A stretch of 64,000 nt of DNA from Gammaproteobacteria bacterium (GTDB taxonomy: Bacteria; Pseudomonadota; Gammaproteobacteria; Arenicellales; JAJDZL01): positions 22,889 through 86,888 of the forward strand of contig JAJEHQ010000011.1 of NCBI GenBank assembly GCA_022823625.1, written 5' to 3'. The stretch's first letter is position 1. Every line of letters starts with the position of its first letter. Positions 38,238 through 48,458 of the stretch are shown piece after piece. The position numbers and the translations under genes are program-made. The notes under the pieces are model-generated. The model was given only the letters and a program-made list of their open reading frames with translations. It was not told the DNA's origin and searched no databases.

Positions 38238-40211
38238 TTGAAGAACATTCGACATCTGTCAATTGTCACCCTATGCCTGATTCTGGTCAGCTGCACATCA
38301 GGAACACCTGCACCCGTAACCACCGTCCCGCCGGTGGAGTCTGCAACTCAGGAATCGCCTGAACCTGAAGTTCAAGTGGAGTTGCCGAGCAGTGAAATTG
38401 CCGAAGACATCATTATTGACGAAGCCAGACCAAAAGCTTGGGAGAAGATCGAAGCAGCAGCAAATGATACAGTCTATCAGCACACGCAACTTTTGGCGGC
38501 AGCGGAGAGCTTGGTATACGAACGCCGAAACCAGGAATCCCAGGAAATTCTTGAGCTAATCGATGTTACCCAATTAAGTCATAGCGAACGGGTCAGTCTC
38601 GACATACTCAGGGCACGTTTAAACCAAGCGGAAGGTGAGCATCATTCAGCAGTTCGCGATCTAGGTAGATTGCAGCGTTCTGGTTTAACGGACCTAGACC
38701 AGAGTTTGCGCATTGCCAGGCTCAAATCCTACTCGTATTCGCAACTTAAAGAGCCTGTTAACATGGCCAGCGAATTGGTGCAGCTTTATGGACTGCTATT
38801 TGAAGATCGTACTCAACAGCTTGAAGCTGGACACCAGTTGTGGGCAGTATTGTCTCGAATGACTCTGGAAGAATTACGGGATGCGCTACAGAAAACGGAA
38901 GATCCGATTGCCCGTCAATGGTATGTATTGGCACTGGCGCTGGGACTCAACTCTGTTCGCTCAGACCCATTTGAGTACGAACAGGCTATCAACAACTGGC
39001 GACAGAATAATCCGGAGCATCCAGCGAATGAACTGATTGATGCGGGTCTTGCTCCTGGGCCGGTTGTCACTTCAAGAATTGCTTTGTTGCTCCCCCTCTC
39101 TTCGGTCAATCGCGCATTTGTGCAAGCGATGCTAGATGGATTTATGGCTCAGCATGCGGCCGACACGAACCCGCTTAAACCGCAAATTGATGTGATCGAC
39201 ATCGGTGATCAGCCTGCGAATGTGACACATTTCTATTATCAGGCTGTTGACAATGGAGCGGACTTTGTTGTTGGACCGCTTGGCGTAGGTTTTGTGAATG
39301 AAATCACGCAATACGTGGATTTCATTGTTCCGACACTTCTGTTGGGCGAGACATCATCAATCAGTTTGCCAGATTATGTATATCAGTTTGCGTTGGCTCC
39401 TGAGCACGAAGGTGTCGGAGTCGCAAATCGCGCATGGCAGGATGGTCATGTCACCGCGCTGGTGATTCGTTCACCACAACAATGGTCTGATCGAGCATTT
39501 TCGGCGTTTAGTGACAGTTGGGAAAAACGAGGTGGCCATGTTATTCAAGTTTACGATTATGAACTCAATCAGAGTGACTACTCGGAAGCCACGAAACAAA
39601 TTTTGCTGATTGATGCCAGTGCGAATCGCTATCAGACCATTCGTGCGATGATGGGAAAGTCAATGAAGTTTGTTCCCCGACGTCGTCAGGATGCTGATTT
39701 CATTTATTTGAGCGCTGATTCTGAGCATGGACGATTGCTCAAGCCATATCTGGATTTCTTGAAAGCACATGATCTGCCCATCTATGCGACATCCCATATT
39801 TATCCCGGCAAAATCAACAAAATCAGAGATCAGGATTTGAACGGTATTCGATTCGCTGATATGGACTGGATAATCGACAAAAGCGAGAGAATGTCGGAAC
39901 TGAAGTCTACGTTGGAGGCTGGCCTGTCGGTTGACGAAAGAGTCAATCGCTTGTTTGCCATGGGAGTCGACATCTACAATCTGGTGTCCCGTATAGAAGT
40001 GCTCAGTTTTGATCGGGCAGCCCGCTTTCATGGGGTAACGTCGATTATTCATTTGGCTGAAAATGGCAGAGTGTTGCGACAACCGCGCTGGGCTGTGTTT
40101 GAAGATGGCACTCCAGAACTGATTCCCAATATGGCGCCTCCCGAGTTAGGCCCGATTCCAAAACTGAATGTTGGTGTTGTGCAGGCAATAATCCGTGAGG
40201 GGCGCGAGTAA
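38238..40211 (+). CDS. lpoA: Penicillin-binding protein activator LpoA (outer-membrane lipoprotein)
   Basis: TTG at 38238 gives (M)KNIRHLSIVTLCLILVSC with a lipobox LVSC, preceded by AAAGG. TPR-like N-domain and periplasmic-binding-fold C-domain. Synteny with rsmI. Confidence 0.8.
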   Translation: MKNIRHLSIVTLCLILVSCTSGTPAPVTTVPPVESATQESPEPEVQVELPSSEIAEDIIIDEARPKAWEKIEAAANDTVYQHTQLLAAAESLVYERRNQESQEILELIDVTQLSHSERVSLDILRARLNQAEGEHHSAVRDLGRLQRSGLTDLDQSLRIARLKSYSYSQLKEPVNMASELVQLYGLLFEDRTQQLEAGHQLWAVLSRMTLEELRDALQKTEDPIARQWYVLALALGLNSVRSDPFEYEQAINNWRQNNPEHPANELIDAGLAPGPVVTSRIALLLPLSSVNRAFVQAMLDGFMAQHAADTNPLKPQIDVIDIGDQPANVTHFYYQAVDNGADFVVGPLGVGFVNEITQYVDFIVPTLLLGETSSISLPDYVYQFALAPEHEGVGVANRAWQDGHVTALVIRSPQQWSDRAFSAFSDSWEKRGGHVIQVYDYELNQSDYSEATKQILLIDASANRYQTIRAMMGKSMKFVPRRRQDADFIYLSADSEHGRLLKPYLDFLKAHDLPIYATSHIYPGKINKIRDQDLNGIRFADMDWIIDKSERMSELKSTLEAGLSVDERVNRLFAMGVDIYNLVSRIEVLSFDRAARFHGVTSIIHLAENGRVLRQPRWAVFEDGTPELIPNMAPPELGPIPKLNVGVVQAIIREGRE

Positions 40212-40285
40212 CTTGCAACAAATTTTTAACGAAACTTGAATCTTAACACAAAAATTTTGGTCAAATTTCTAAAGGAAAGACACAG

Positions 40286-40918
40286 ATGGGGTCAACTATG
40301 AAAACTGCAATTAGGTCTTCTATAGTCTCACCGAAATTGGCCGTGGCAGTCGGTATCGCAGTGCTGTCTATCGCGGTGTTACCCGCAAACAGTAGCATTT
40401 CTTATGCGCAGAGCGCTGAAGTTAAATCACTGAATCCAGTGGTGGAAAACCGCGGGGTGATGCAGCAACTGGAAGATACGTCTATTACCTTCAGAGTCAA
40501 CAATCTGATTTCGGAAAATGAGCAGGTGATGAGCAAATCCGAAGTCAACGTTACGACTGTGAACGGAATAGTATTGCTGACTGGCGCTGTGAAGTCCGCG
40601 CAGGACAAGCATTGGTGCGAGCAAATCGCTAGCAGTCACCCGAAAGTTCTCAAAGTCATTAACGAGTTGAAGGTGCGCAAACAGCGATCACTGCTTGATA
40701 TCGGGCGCGACAAGGCACTGCAGGCTTCGGTAAAAATTCGAATCATCAACGAATTGGATGCTGAATCTCCAACGGTGCATGTTGTCACTTATGACAAGGT
40801 TGTTTACCTAATGGGAGTGGTCAGCAAAGATGTAGCAGATAGGGCTACAAAAGTGGCGAGCAATACCAAAAAAGTCGATCGGGTCATTACAATTTTCCAG
40901 TTCAAGAAAGACGTTTAA
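40286..40918 (+). CDS. Dual BON-domain periplasmic protein (DolP/YraP-OsmY-like)
   Basis: Signal peptide, then two BON-like repeats (VNVTTVNGIVLLTGAV..., VHVVTYDKVVYLMGVV...). Position downstream of lpoA. Confidence 0.75.
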   Translation: MGSTMKTAIRSSIVSPKLAVAVGIAVLSIAVLPANSSISYAQSAEVKSLNPVVENRGVMQQLEDTSITFRVNNLISENEQVMSKSEVNVTTVNGIVLLTGAVKSAQDKHWCEQIASSHPKVLKVINELKVRKQRSLLDIGRDKALQASVKIRIINELDAESPTVHVVTYDKVVYLMGVVSKDVADRATKVASNTKKVDRVITIFQFKKDV

Positions 40919-41061
40919 GTCTGAACATCGCAAATAGCATGCCAATGGTTTGAAATTGGCCAGGCAGGAGAGACTTGCTACACGGTGTGAATTGGGACTG
41001 TGATCAATTCAACTGTCGAGGTTCGTACCAGGAAGTTCCGGAGACTGAACTAAAGAAAATT

Positions 41062-41135
41062 TGGAGCGGACGATGGGAATCGAACCCACGTAATCAGCTT
41101 GGGAAGCTGAGGTTCTGCCATTGAACTACGCCCGC
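41062..41135 (-). tRNA. tRNA-Gly (anticodon CCC)
   Basis: Minus strand GCGGGCGTAGTTCAATGGCAGAAC...CTTCCCAAG...GGTTCGATTCC...CGTCCGCTCCA. Cloverleaf stems pair; anticodon loop is UUCCCAA. Confidence 0.93.
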
Positions 41136-41167
41136 TGAAACGGCCAACACGGCGAAGAGTTCAAATT

Positions 41168-41698
41168 CTATCCGTTTGCAGGCTGCCTCGCGAAGTGAGA
41201 TTCACTATGTATCTGGTCGATGTATGGTTCAAGCTCTGTAAGTGCTCTTCGGTAAACATCCCGTTTGAAGCTAATCACGCGATCAGCGGGAGTCCAATAA
41301 CTGACCCATTTCCAATCGTCAAATTCGGGGTGGCCGGAGCAGTCCAGACAAAAGTCTGATTCATCGCCAATAAACTTGAACATAAACCATTTCTGTTTCT
41401 GACCTTTGAAAGTGCTTCTGCTACGCACTCGAACATATCGGCGTGGAATTTCATACTTCAGCCAGTCTTTGGTGTAGGCGATCAGCTCGACATGAGTTGG
41501 TTTTAGTCCGAGTTCTTCATCCATTTCGCGATAAACAGCATCCAGAATCGATTCATCCCGGTTGACACCGCCTTGCGGAAATTGCCAGCCATCATGGCCA
41601 ACTCGACGCGCCCAAAGAACCTGTGCACGGTCGTTACAGAGTACGATCGCCACATTTGGCCGGTATTCCTGTTGATTTGACATCGAATGAACTGACAT
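41168..41698 (-). CDS. rppH: RNA pyrophosphohydrolase (Nudix)
   Basis: YRPNVAIVL, Nudix box GGVNRDESILDAVYREMDEELGL, WQFPQGG. Confidence 0.88.
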   Translation of the reverse strand: MSVHSMSNQQEYRPNVAIVLCNDRAQVLWARRVGHDGWQFPQGGVNRDESILDAVYREMDEELGLKPTHVELIAYTKDWLKYEIPRRYVRVRSRSTFKGQKQKWFMFKFIGDESDFCLDCSGHPEFDDWKWVSYWTPADRVISFKRDVYRRALTELEPYIDQIHSESHFARQPANG

Positions 41699-41764
41699 GT
41701 AGATCAGAGAACGAAATTTCAGAATATATCAAAAATATACTATTATCTATCGATTGTATACAAT

Positions 41765-41791
41765 TCCTGTTTGAATTACAACAGGATTTTT
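41765..41791 (+). terminator. Terminator-like hairpin with T5 run, adjacent to a 12-bp palindrome
   Basis: TCCTGTT-TGAATTAC-AACAGGA (41765-41786) followed by TTTTT (41787-41791). ATTGTATACAAT palindrome at 41753-41764. No + strand gene lies upstream. Confidence 0.35.
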
Positions 41792-41861
41792 ACCATTAAC
41801 TGGGAGAGGAAGACGCGGGGTATTGTTTGTCGGATACGACCGTCAAACTGAAAGTTGCGTC

Positions 41862-42911
41862 TTAGTTTGAAACGGATTGAGCCTGAGAATAGGCCTTGAG
41901 TTTTTGGTAGAGATCGTATTCGAGCGTTACGCCCTGTTCGGCGAATAACGCGCGGTTTAGTAATCGACGATTGCCGGGCAGGCGTACGTTCTCCTGTGCA
42001 AGCATGGCGCTGATCATTGCTTCGGCTCGTTGCGCGAAATCACTGTTAAAAACACTTGGGTCGATTGCGATGAAGAACTGCCCGACATTTGGCGGCCCGC
42101 CACTATTTCCGGCAAAAAGTGATGCGTTGTACGACATACTGGGGCCTCCTAGTGCACCTGCAAGCAAGTCGACAATCATTGCCATAGCGACACCTTTGTA
42201 ACCGCCCGCCGGTGACATAGACCCTTCAAGTCCGGCCTTCGGATCAGTTGTTGGATTGCCATACTTGTCCAGCGCCCAGGTATCGGGAATTGGCTCTCCT
42301 TTATTGGCCGCTTGAACCACATTCACCTTCGCAGTCGTACTGGATGACTGATCAATGAGGACCGGAAAATCATCGGGACGAGGAAATGCAAAGGCCATTG
42401 GATTGGTTCCAAAAAATGCGCGGGTTCCTCCCCAAGGTGCAATTGCGACAGGTGAATTTGCAAATGCAAGCCCCACCAGTCCCTGTTCTGCAATTTTTTC
42501 GACATACCAGCCGATAACCCCGGCAGCGTAGGAATTTTGGAGGCAAAGCGAACCGATTCCATTGTTAAGCGCAACGCTGGCAAACTTTTCGAATGTAAGA
42601 ACAAAAGCAGAATGGGCAAATCCATTCCTGGCATCGCAGATGACAACTCCCGGAGCAGTTTGTTTGAAAGCGGCTTTTACTTGCCCGTTAACCTTGCCAC
42701 AGAGGAGGTGTTCACAATAATGAGGCAGATAATTCAAACCGACATTTCGAATGCCGTCTGCTTCAGCATCGCGAATGGATTCAGCGACTGGTTTCGCGTT
42801 ATCTGAATTCGCACCACAACCGACAAGAGCATCAAGACTCAGTGAAAATACGTCATCCAGTGTGAGGTGGACAGTTTCGGTTGTAGCCATCAGATTGCGA
42901 TAATTTTGCAA
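41862..42911 (-). CDS. Ldh_2-family (malate/L-lactate dehydrogenase type 2) oxidoreductase
   Basis: 349 aa; FFGTNPMAFAFP and AGGYKGVAMAMIVDLLAG motifs typical of the family. Confidence 0.75.
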   Translation of the reverse strand: MQNYRNLMATTETVHLTLDDVFSLSLDALVGCGANSDNAKPVAESIRDAEADGIRNVGLNYLPHYCEHLLCGKVNGQVKAAFKQTAPGVVICDARNGFAHSAFVLTFEKFASVALNNGIGSLCLQNSYAAGVIGWYVEKIAEQGLVGLAFANSPVAIAPWGGTRAFFGTNPMAFAFPRPDDFPVLIDQSSSTTAKVNVVQAANKGEPIPDTWALDKYGNPTTDPKAGLEGSMSPAGGYKGVAMAMIVDLLAGALGGPSMSYNASLFAGNSGGPPNVGQFFIAIDPSVFNSDFAQRAEAMISAMLAQENVRLPGNRRLLNRALFAEQGVTLEYDLYQKLKAYSQAQSVSN

Positions 42912-42920
42912 ATAACCGAA

Positions 42921-43568
42921 TCAGACTTTTGCTTCAGTCGGTGCGTAACAGACTCCGGTACCGCCTAATCCGCAATAGCCAAATGGATTCTTGGCTAGAT
43001 ACTGCTGATGTTCTGCCTCTGCAAAGTAAAACTCGGAAGCATTCTGAATCTCGGTAGTAATCGGGCCATATTTCCGGGTACGAAGCGACGAATCATAAGC
43101 TGAACGAGATTCGTGAGCCTGTCTTGACTGTTCATCGCCATAGACATAAATGCCGGATCGATACTGTGTGCCGAGATCGTTGCCCTGTCGCATTCCCTGC
43201 GTAGGATCGTGACACTCCCAAAACACTCGAAGCAGTTCCTGATACGAGATTTGGTTCGGATCAAATACAATCCGCACCACCTCATTGTGAGCTGTCAACC
43301 CAGTACAGACCTCCCGATAAGTCGGATTTGGAGTGTATCCACCCGAATAACCTGCCGCAGTGACGTATACACCTTTGAGCTTCCAATACTGTTTTTCTAC
43401 TCCCCAAAAGCAGCCCGCTCCGAACATGGCCAGTTCAGTTCCTTCGGGATAGGGTTCAAACAAGCTTCGATTGTTTACAAAATGGGTTCGTGATGTCTCT
43501 ATCGTTACACCGCGTCCCTTAAGAGCATCCTGCGGTGATGGCATGGAACTTTTTCGTTTGAAGAACAT
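42921..43568 (-). CDS. msrA: Peptide-methionine (S)-S-oxide reductase
   Basis: [10 protein letters not shown] catalytic motif, [16 protein letters not shown]. Confidence 0.92.
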   Translation of the reverse strand: MFFKRKSSMPSPQDALKGRGVTIETSRTHFVNNRSLFEPYPEGTELAMFGAGCFWGVEKQYWKLKGVYVTAAGYSGGYTPNPTYREVCTGLTAHNEVVRIVFDPNQISYQELLRVFWECHDPTQGMRQGNDLGTQYRSGIYVYGDEQSRQAHESRSAYDSSLRTRKYGPITTEIQNASEFYFAEAEHQQYLAKNPFGYCGLGGTGVCYAPTEAKV

Positions 43569-43746
43569 GGCTGTGCCTCACTGTTCGAATGGTAATTTAC
43601 GTGATGCAGAATTCTGTCTGACTCATTTCAATGGTAGAGTCGACTCTCTGCCTGAACTTCTTCGTAGATAGTATCTTCGAGTCCAACTCGCGCAGAAAGT
43701 GTCAGAACGTGTTCAATTATTTCACTATCTTGCAGAATGTGAAAAA

Positions 43747-43977
43747 CTAAAGTCCAGTATGAACCGACGAATAGGACGAAGCAGGATGTACGCCTAGCTG
43801 TCGACCAGCGAGATGAAATGCCACCCCTGCATCGTACAGCAATTCTCGTGAGTTACTGCGTCGTCCGTCCCCGTTTACTGGATCCTGTGAAGCATCACAG
43901 ATATTGACAATGTCAACAATTGATCGGGCCATATTTCCGCCCAGCCAGATCGCGGCGGCGGATTGACCGTCATTCAT
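43747..43977 (-). CDS. Hypothetical 76-aa protein, start overlaps the panB stop
   Basis: ATG at 43977 lies inside the panB terminal codons (8-nt overlap). No recognisable motif. Confidence 0.3.
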   Translation of the reverse strand: MNDGQSAAAIWLGGNMARSIVDIVNICDASQDPVNGDGRRSNSRELLYDAGVAFHLAGRQLGVHPASSYSSVHTGL

Positions 43978-44761
43978 AGCAATGCTCCAGAGCTGGAAAT
44001 TCGTGTGACTTAACAGCATGAACATAGGACTTGATTGCAGTTTGAATGTCAGCGCTTTCTGCAAGAAAATTCTTGACAAACTTAGCGGGCCGCCCCGGAT
44101 AAAAGCCCAGTAAATCATGCAGCACCATAATCTGCCCGTCTGTATGTGGTCCAGCACCAATGCCAATCACGGGCACCTGTAAGCTTTCGGTGATTGCCTG
44201 CCCAAGTTTACTCGGTACACATTCAAGCAGAATGAAACTGGCCCCGGCATCTTGTAGAACCAGTGCTTCATCAATCATTGTCTTTGCCTGATCCGGATCG
44301 CGTCCCTGAACGCGATAACCGCCCAGATGATTGACCGACTGCGGTGTTAATCCCATGTGTGCGCAGACCGGAACCCCTCGTTCGACCAAAAGTCGGGTAG
44401 ATTCCGCTAGCCAGGCACCTCCTTCGAGTTTGACAACCTGTGCACCTTCCCTCATCAGACGTGCAGCATTTTCAAGGGTTGCATTCTCACTGTAATAACT
44501 CATGAATGGCAGGTCTGCCATAAGAAATGCACCGCGATTGCCTCGCTGGACACAGCGCACGTGATACGTAACGTCTTCAATGGTTACTGGCAAACTACTT
44601 TCATGTCCTTGCACGACCATTCCAAGAGAATCTCCGACCAGCAGCAGTTCAACGCCAGCCTCACTGGCAGCAACCGCTTCACAATAACCATAGGAGGTGA
44701 GGCAGGCGAATTTTTCGCCGTTGAGTTTCATTTTGCGAAATGTATTGATGCTGATCTTCAT
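43970..44761 (-). CDS. panB: 3-methyl-2-oxobutanoate hydroxymethyltransferase
   Basis: LLVGDSLGMVVQGH, VVKLEGG, GHMGLTPQS-like (AHMGLTPQS), GIGAG motifs. Confidence 0.92.
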   Translation of the reverse strand: MKISINTFRKMKLNGEKFACLTSYGYCEAVAASEAGVELLLVGDSLGMVVQGHESSLPVTIEDVTYHVRCVQRGNRGAFLMADLPFMSYYSENATLENAARLMREGAQVVKLEGGAWLAESTRLLVERGVPVCAHMGLTPQSVNHLGGYRVQGRDPDQAKTMIDEALVLQDAGASFILLECVPSKLGQAITESLQVPVIGIGAGPHTDGQIMVLHDLLGFYPGRPAKFVKNFLAESADIQTAIKSYVHAVKSHEFPALEHCYE

Positions 44762-44808
44762 ACCAGAAATATCCTGGACTTAAGCGGTTCAAAACTGATT
44801 CAGGACTT

Positions 44809-45000
44809 TTATTTTTGCCAATTACAGAATTCAGACCAACTACCGCCGCGCGGATGTTCTTCAAATATATCCGTCAATGCGTGGTGCTCATCGGCAGAGA
44901 TCTGAACAATTTCTTCCAGAGATTTGCCACGCACCCGTACCCACATCCATAGCAGAATAATTGCCATCATCAGATAGAGCAGATAGGCAGAAATTGACAT
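44809..45000 (-). CDS. Small single-TM membrane protein (hypothetical)
   Basis: 63 aa. N-terminal TM AYLLYLMMAIILLWMWV then a charged tail. Start codon overlaps the stop of the upstream PhyH gene (TAATG). Confidence 0.45.
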   Translation of the reverse strand: MSISAYLLYLMMAIILLWMWVRVRGKSLEEIVQISADEHHALTDIFEEHPRGGSWSEFCNWQK

Positions 45001-45830
45001 TATTCAGTCCTCAATTTTATGTCGGGATGTTCTGCAGATCGCGTACCACTGATGGGCTGGTTGTCATGAGCGTAGTAGGTAAATACGACTGCAAGCTTAA
45101 CGAGATCCGTCTGATTACGACCAGCACTATGAAGCAATCGGCAATGAAAGAACAGGACGTCGCCGGCATTCAGTTCGACTACCTTGGCTGTACTTGTCAG
45201 TTGTTGGTTTTTCTTGACATCGGTCCTGAAAAACAGCGCAGCGTCAAATTGTCCGCGATCGTAAGAGTTGCGATGTGATCCTGGAATCACGATAAGACTT
45301 CCATTTCTACGGTCCTCATGTCCAAGTGCCAACCATGCTGTAATCAATTCCGGTCGATCGAAACTCCAGTAGCGTATGTCTTGATGCCATCCGGTTTCGC
45401 TGCCATAGCCGGGGAATTTTGTCATCACACAGTTGTGGTGATTCTGGCTGACCTGAAGTTCATCTGATTGGAGCAGGTTGCCTACGTGTCTTATTACTTC
45501 GGGACTTTGAGCCCACCGCCTGAACACCTCGTCCCGCGCGAATGCGTTCAATAGTCGACGCGGTGTGTCTCCACCAGGAGAAGTACGTGATGGGGGTGAG
45601 CCCGGGTAATGCACTTCGGCTTCGTATTCGACAGGTGCAAGAGCGGGGTAAAGCGACTCTTCAACCACCTTCAGCATTTCGTTTCGCACATTTTCCTTAC
45701 AAAGATCGCGCACGACCAGATAGCCATCTCTCTGAAAAGCGGAGAGGTCTTTTTTGTCCAACCAGGCTGCTCGCCCTGCTGAATTTTGAGATTGCGATTT
45801 CTCGCTCAGTGATATAGGTTGATTAACCAA
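45000..45830 (-). CDS. Phytanoyl-CoA dioxygenase (PhyH) family Fe(II)/2-oxoglutarate oxygenase
   Basis: FQRDGYLVVRDL, WHQDIRYW (HxD), VIPGSH, FFHCRLLHSAGRN. Confidence 0.8.
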   Translation of the reverse strand: MVNQPISLSEKSQSQNSAGRAAWLDKKDLSAFQRDGYLVVRDLCKENVRNEMLKVVEESLYPALAPVEYEAEVHYPGSPPSRTSPGGDTPRRLLNAFARDEVFRRWAQSPEVIRHVGNLLQSDELQVSQNHHNCVMTKFPGYGSETGWHQDIRYWSFDRPELITAWLALGHEDRRNGSLIVIPGSHRNSYDRGQFDAALFFRTDVKKNQQLTSTAKVVELNAGDVLFFHCRLLHSAGRNQTDLVKLAVVFTYYAHDNQPISGTRSAEHPDIKLRTE

Positions 45831-45889
45831 TTGAGTTTGCCTGATCAGCTGCTTCGATTTTTTTGTGAAGTCTATTCAGATTATACAAA

Positions 45890-46609
45890 TCAGTGATTCC
45901 TTGCCGAAAGGTACGCAGAACGCGTGTAGAGCAATTCAAACACTTGGCTACCGGATTGACTGGCCTTTCTGGCATAACGAGTTTGCCGTAGTTTGTCTTG
46001 TACTCCTACTGCATCTTGTCCAGGTGTCATACTGTCAAGATTGGGATTTTTTTCGAGAATTTCAAGAACCTGATGCGCGTAGTTACTTGAATCCGTAACG
46101 ATCAGAATAGTACCTCCAATCGCCAACCGGTCTACACACAGTTCAACAAACTCAGAGTTAACCAGACGGCGCTTTCGATGACGTACTTTCGGCCAGGGAT
46201 CGGGAAACAAAATGATGAATTCGTTCACTGCATTGGATGGTACCTGTTGCAGCAGAACGTCCCTCGCATCATTTGTTGATACCCGAACGTTCTTCACATT
46301 GTTTTTATGGAGTCGGAGCAGGCATTTACCTACACCCGGTCGATACACTTCAATACCAAGATAAGCGGTAGTTTTGTTCTGCTGAGCCCGATGAACCAAG
46401 GTTTCACCATCTCCGAAGCCAATTTCAATAGCAAATCGACTTGTACCTGGAAAAACTTCCGAGACGCGTATTGGTGAATCGGTTAGCGGTAGTTCATACA
46501 GACTTAGCAATTCGGTAAGTGCCTTTTTCTGAGCAGGTGTGATGCGACTCTCACGCCGCGCATATGTTTTGACACGATATTGCTTCCTGCCTGATTCCGA
46601 GATTGTCAT
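45890..46609 (-). CDS. trmB: tRNA (guanine46-N7)-methyltransferase
   Basis: IEIGFGDGE SAM motif and LFPDPWPKVRHRKRRLV signature. Confidence 0.9.
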   Translation of the reverse strand: MTISESGRKQYRVKTYARRESRITPAQKKALTELLSLYELPLTDSPIRVSEVFPGTSRFAIEIGFGDGETLVHRAQQNKTTAYLGIEVYRPGVGKCLLRLHKNNVKNVRVSTNDARDVLLQQVPSNAVNEFIILFPDPWPKVRHRKRRLVNSEFVELCVDRLAIGGTILIVTDSSNYAHQVLEILEKNPNLDSMTPGQDAVGVQDKLRQTRYARKASQSGSQVFELLYTRSAYLSARNH

Positions 46610-46691
46610 GTGAAAGATTTACTCGCTAATGGGACTTTCAGAACTTACAAGTCATATCGAAATATTGAGGAATGATGATAGGATGGACACG

Positions 46692-48284
46692 TCAGTTTGA
46701 AAGCATGGCTGCAGCGCGTTCCCCGATCATTAGACTTGGTGCATTGATGTTACCATTGGTAATGAAAGGCATCACGGACGCATCGACGACTCTCAGACTT
46801 TCGATACCATGTACTCGAAGCTCGCTATCCACAACCGACATTTCATCGTTACCGATTTTGCAAGTACCACACGGATGATAAGCACTGTTTGCGTTCTCCC
46901 TCACATAAGCATCAATGTCGGCGTTCGAAACAACGTCTGGGCCTGGTGATACCTCCGGTCCGCGACAGAAATCAAACGCTTTCATGGCGGCAATATCTCG
47001 GGTAATTTGAATGCACTGACGAAACTCTTCAATATCCCGCTGACTTGAAAGTCCGTTCAAGAGGATTCGGGGTGCGTCCAACGGGTTAGAGGATTTCAGT
47101 TTAACCCACCCACGGCTTTTTGGCCTAACGGGTCCTACGTCAAAACAGTACCCATCTTTTCCTGGCGGTGGTGACCAGCCTTCCAGAAAATAAGGCCAGA
47201 AATGGTATTGCATGTTCGGGTATTCAACAGCATCTGAAGTTCGCAAGAATCCGCCAACCCGGCTGACAGGTGTCGAGGCTGGACCGCTGTGGAACAGAAA
47301 CCACTGAAGTCCCGCAAGCAGCATGTTGTGTTTTCGCAGCAGACGGTTTCTGGAAAGTCCTTTCGGGCATCGATGCTTAACATGTACCTCAAGGTGGTCG
47401 TGAAGATTTCTGCCGACACCTGGCAGATTGATAAGGGGTTTAATGTCAAATTGTCTGAGCTCATCTGCAGGCCCGATTCCGGACAGCATCAGTATCTGTG
47501 GCGACTGAAATGCACCAGCGGAAACGATCACTTCCCTCTCTGCATAGGCCATATGGCGCGTACCGTCATGAAGGAATTCGACCCCGCGGGCCTGATCGTT
47601 GCTAATGACCAGACGCGTTGCATGTGCTCCAGACAACAGATGTAAATTTGGCCTTGGCAGAATGGAGTGCAGTAGCTTCGCAGTTCCGCTGCGAAAACCA
47701 CCGCCAATATTCGCATCGAATGCACTGACTCCTTCTTGCTCCGCTCCGTTATAGTCGTCTACTATGCGATATCCAGCCTGTTCTCCCGCTTTCAGATATG
47801 CCAGTTCAATCGGATGAAGATTTGACATATGTTCAACTGCGACGGGTCCGTTTCCGCCTCGGAATTCTGAAGGTCCCGAGGAATAGGTTTCCATACTTTT
47901 GAAATATGGAAGAACATCGTCATAGGACCACCCTTTTGCGCCTTCACGCACCCAATAATCGTAATCCTGACGATGCCCGCGGACAAACACCATGCCATTC
48001 AGTGAGGACGATCCACCGATCACTCTGCCGCGTGGTTGAAACAGTTTGCGATTGTTCATGTAGGGCTCGGGGTCGGTTTCGAAGCTCCAGTTTCGTGGAC
48101 CACCAAGAAAATTATGACGGGCGGCTGCCGGCATGCGAATTGTCCAATGATGTTCTGCTGATCCGGCTTCGAGTAGCAGAATACGGATCGACGGATCTTC
48201 AGACAGGCGATAGCTAAGCAGACCTCCAGAAGAACCAGAACCAATCACGATATAGTCATACTGCTTCTTGTTTGTCGTGTTCAT
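46692..48284 (-). CDS. GMC-family FAD oxidoreductase (choline dehydrogenase-like)
   Basis: YDYIVIGSGSSGG FAD motif, GGSSSLNGMVFVRG, C-terminal AYHPCGTCKIG and VVDASVMP. Confidence 0.85.
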   Translation of the reverse strand: MNTTNKKQYDYIVIGSGSSGGLLSYRLSEDPSIRILLLEAGSAEHHWTIRMPAAARHNFLGGPRNWSFETDPEPYMNNRKLFQPRGRVIGGSSSLNGMVFVRGHRQDYDYWVREGAKGWSYDDVLPYFKSMETYSSGPSEFRGGNGPVAVEHMSNLHPIELAYLKAGEQAGYRIVDDYNGAEQEGVSAFDANIGGGFRSGTAKLLHSILPRPNLHLLSGAHATRLVISNDQARGVEFLHDGTRHMAYAEREVIVSAGAFQSPQILMLSGIGPADELRQFDIKPLINLPGVGRNLHDHLEVHVKHRCPKGLSRNRLLRKHNMLLAGLQWFLFHSGPASTPVSRVGGFLRTSDAVEYPNMQYHFWPYFLEGWSPPPGKDGYCFDVGPVRPKSRGWVKLKSSNPLDAPRILLNGLSSQRDIEEFRQCIQITRDIAAMKAFDFCRGPEVSPGPDVVSNADIDAYVRENANSAYHPCGTCKIGNDEMSVVDSELRVHGIESLRVVDASVMPFITNGNINAPSLMIGERAAAMLSN

Positions 48285-48458
48285 CAGACGCGGGAGTTTG
48301 ATGGGTCAAGAGAAAAAAGTCAAACGACGGTTCGAGGGCGGCAGGGCACAGGAAAGTGGCAAAGAATGACTCTAGCTGACCAAACCAAAATCAGTGCATC
48401 AGTCAGAATCGAAATTCTGTTCTGGCTGCTATATGGGATTGAATGAGACAAAGCGCAT

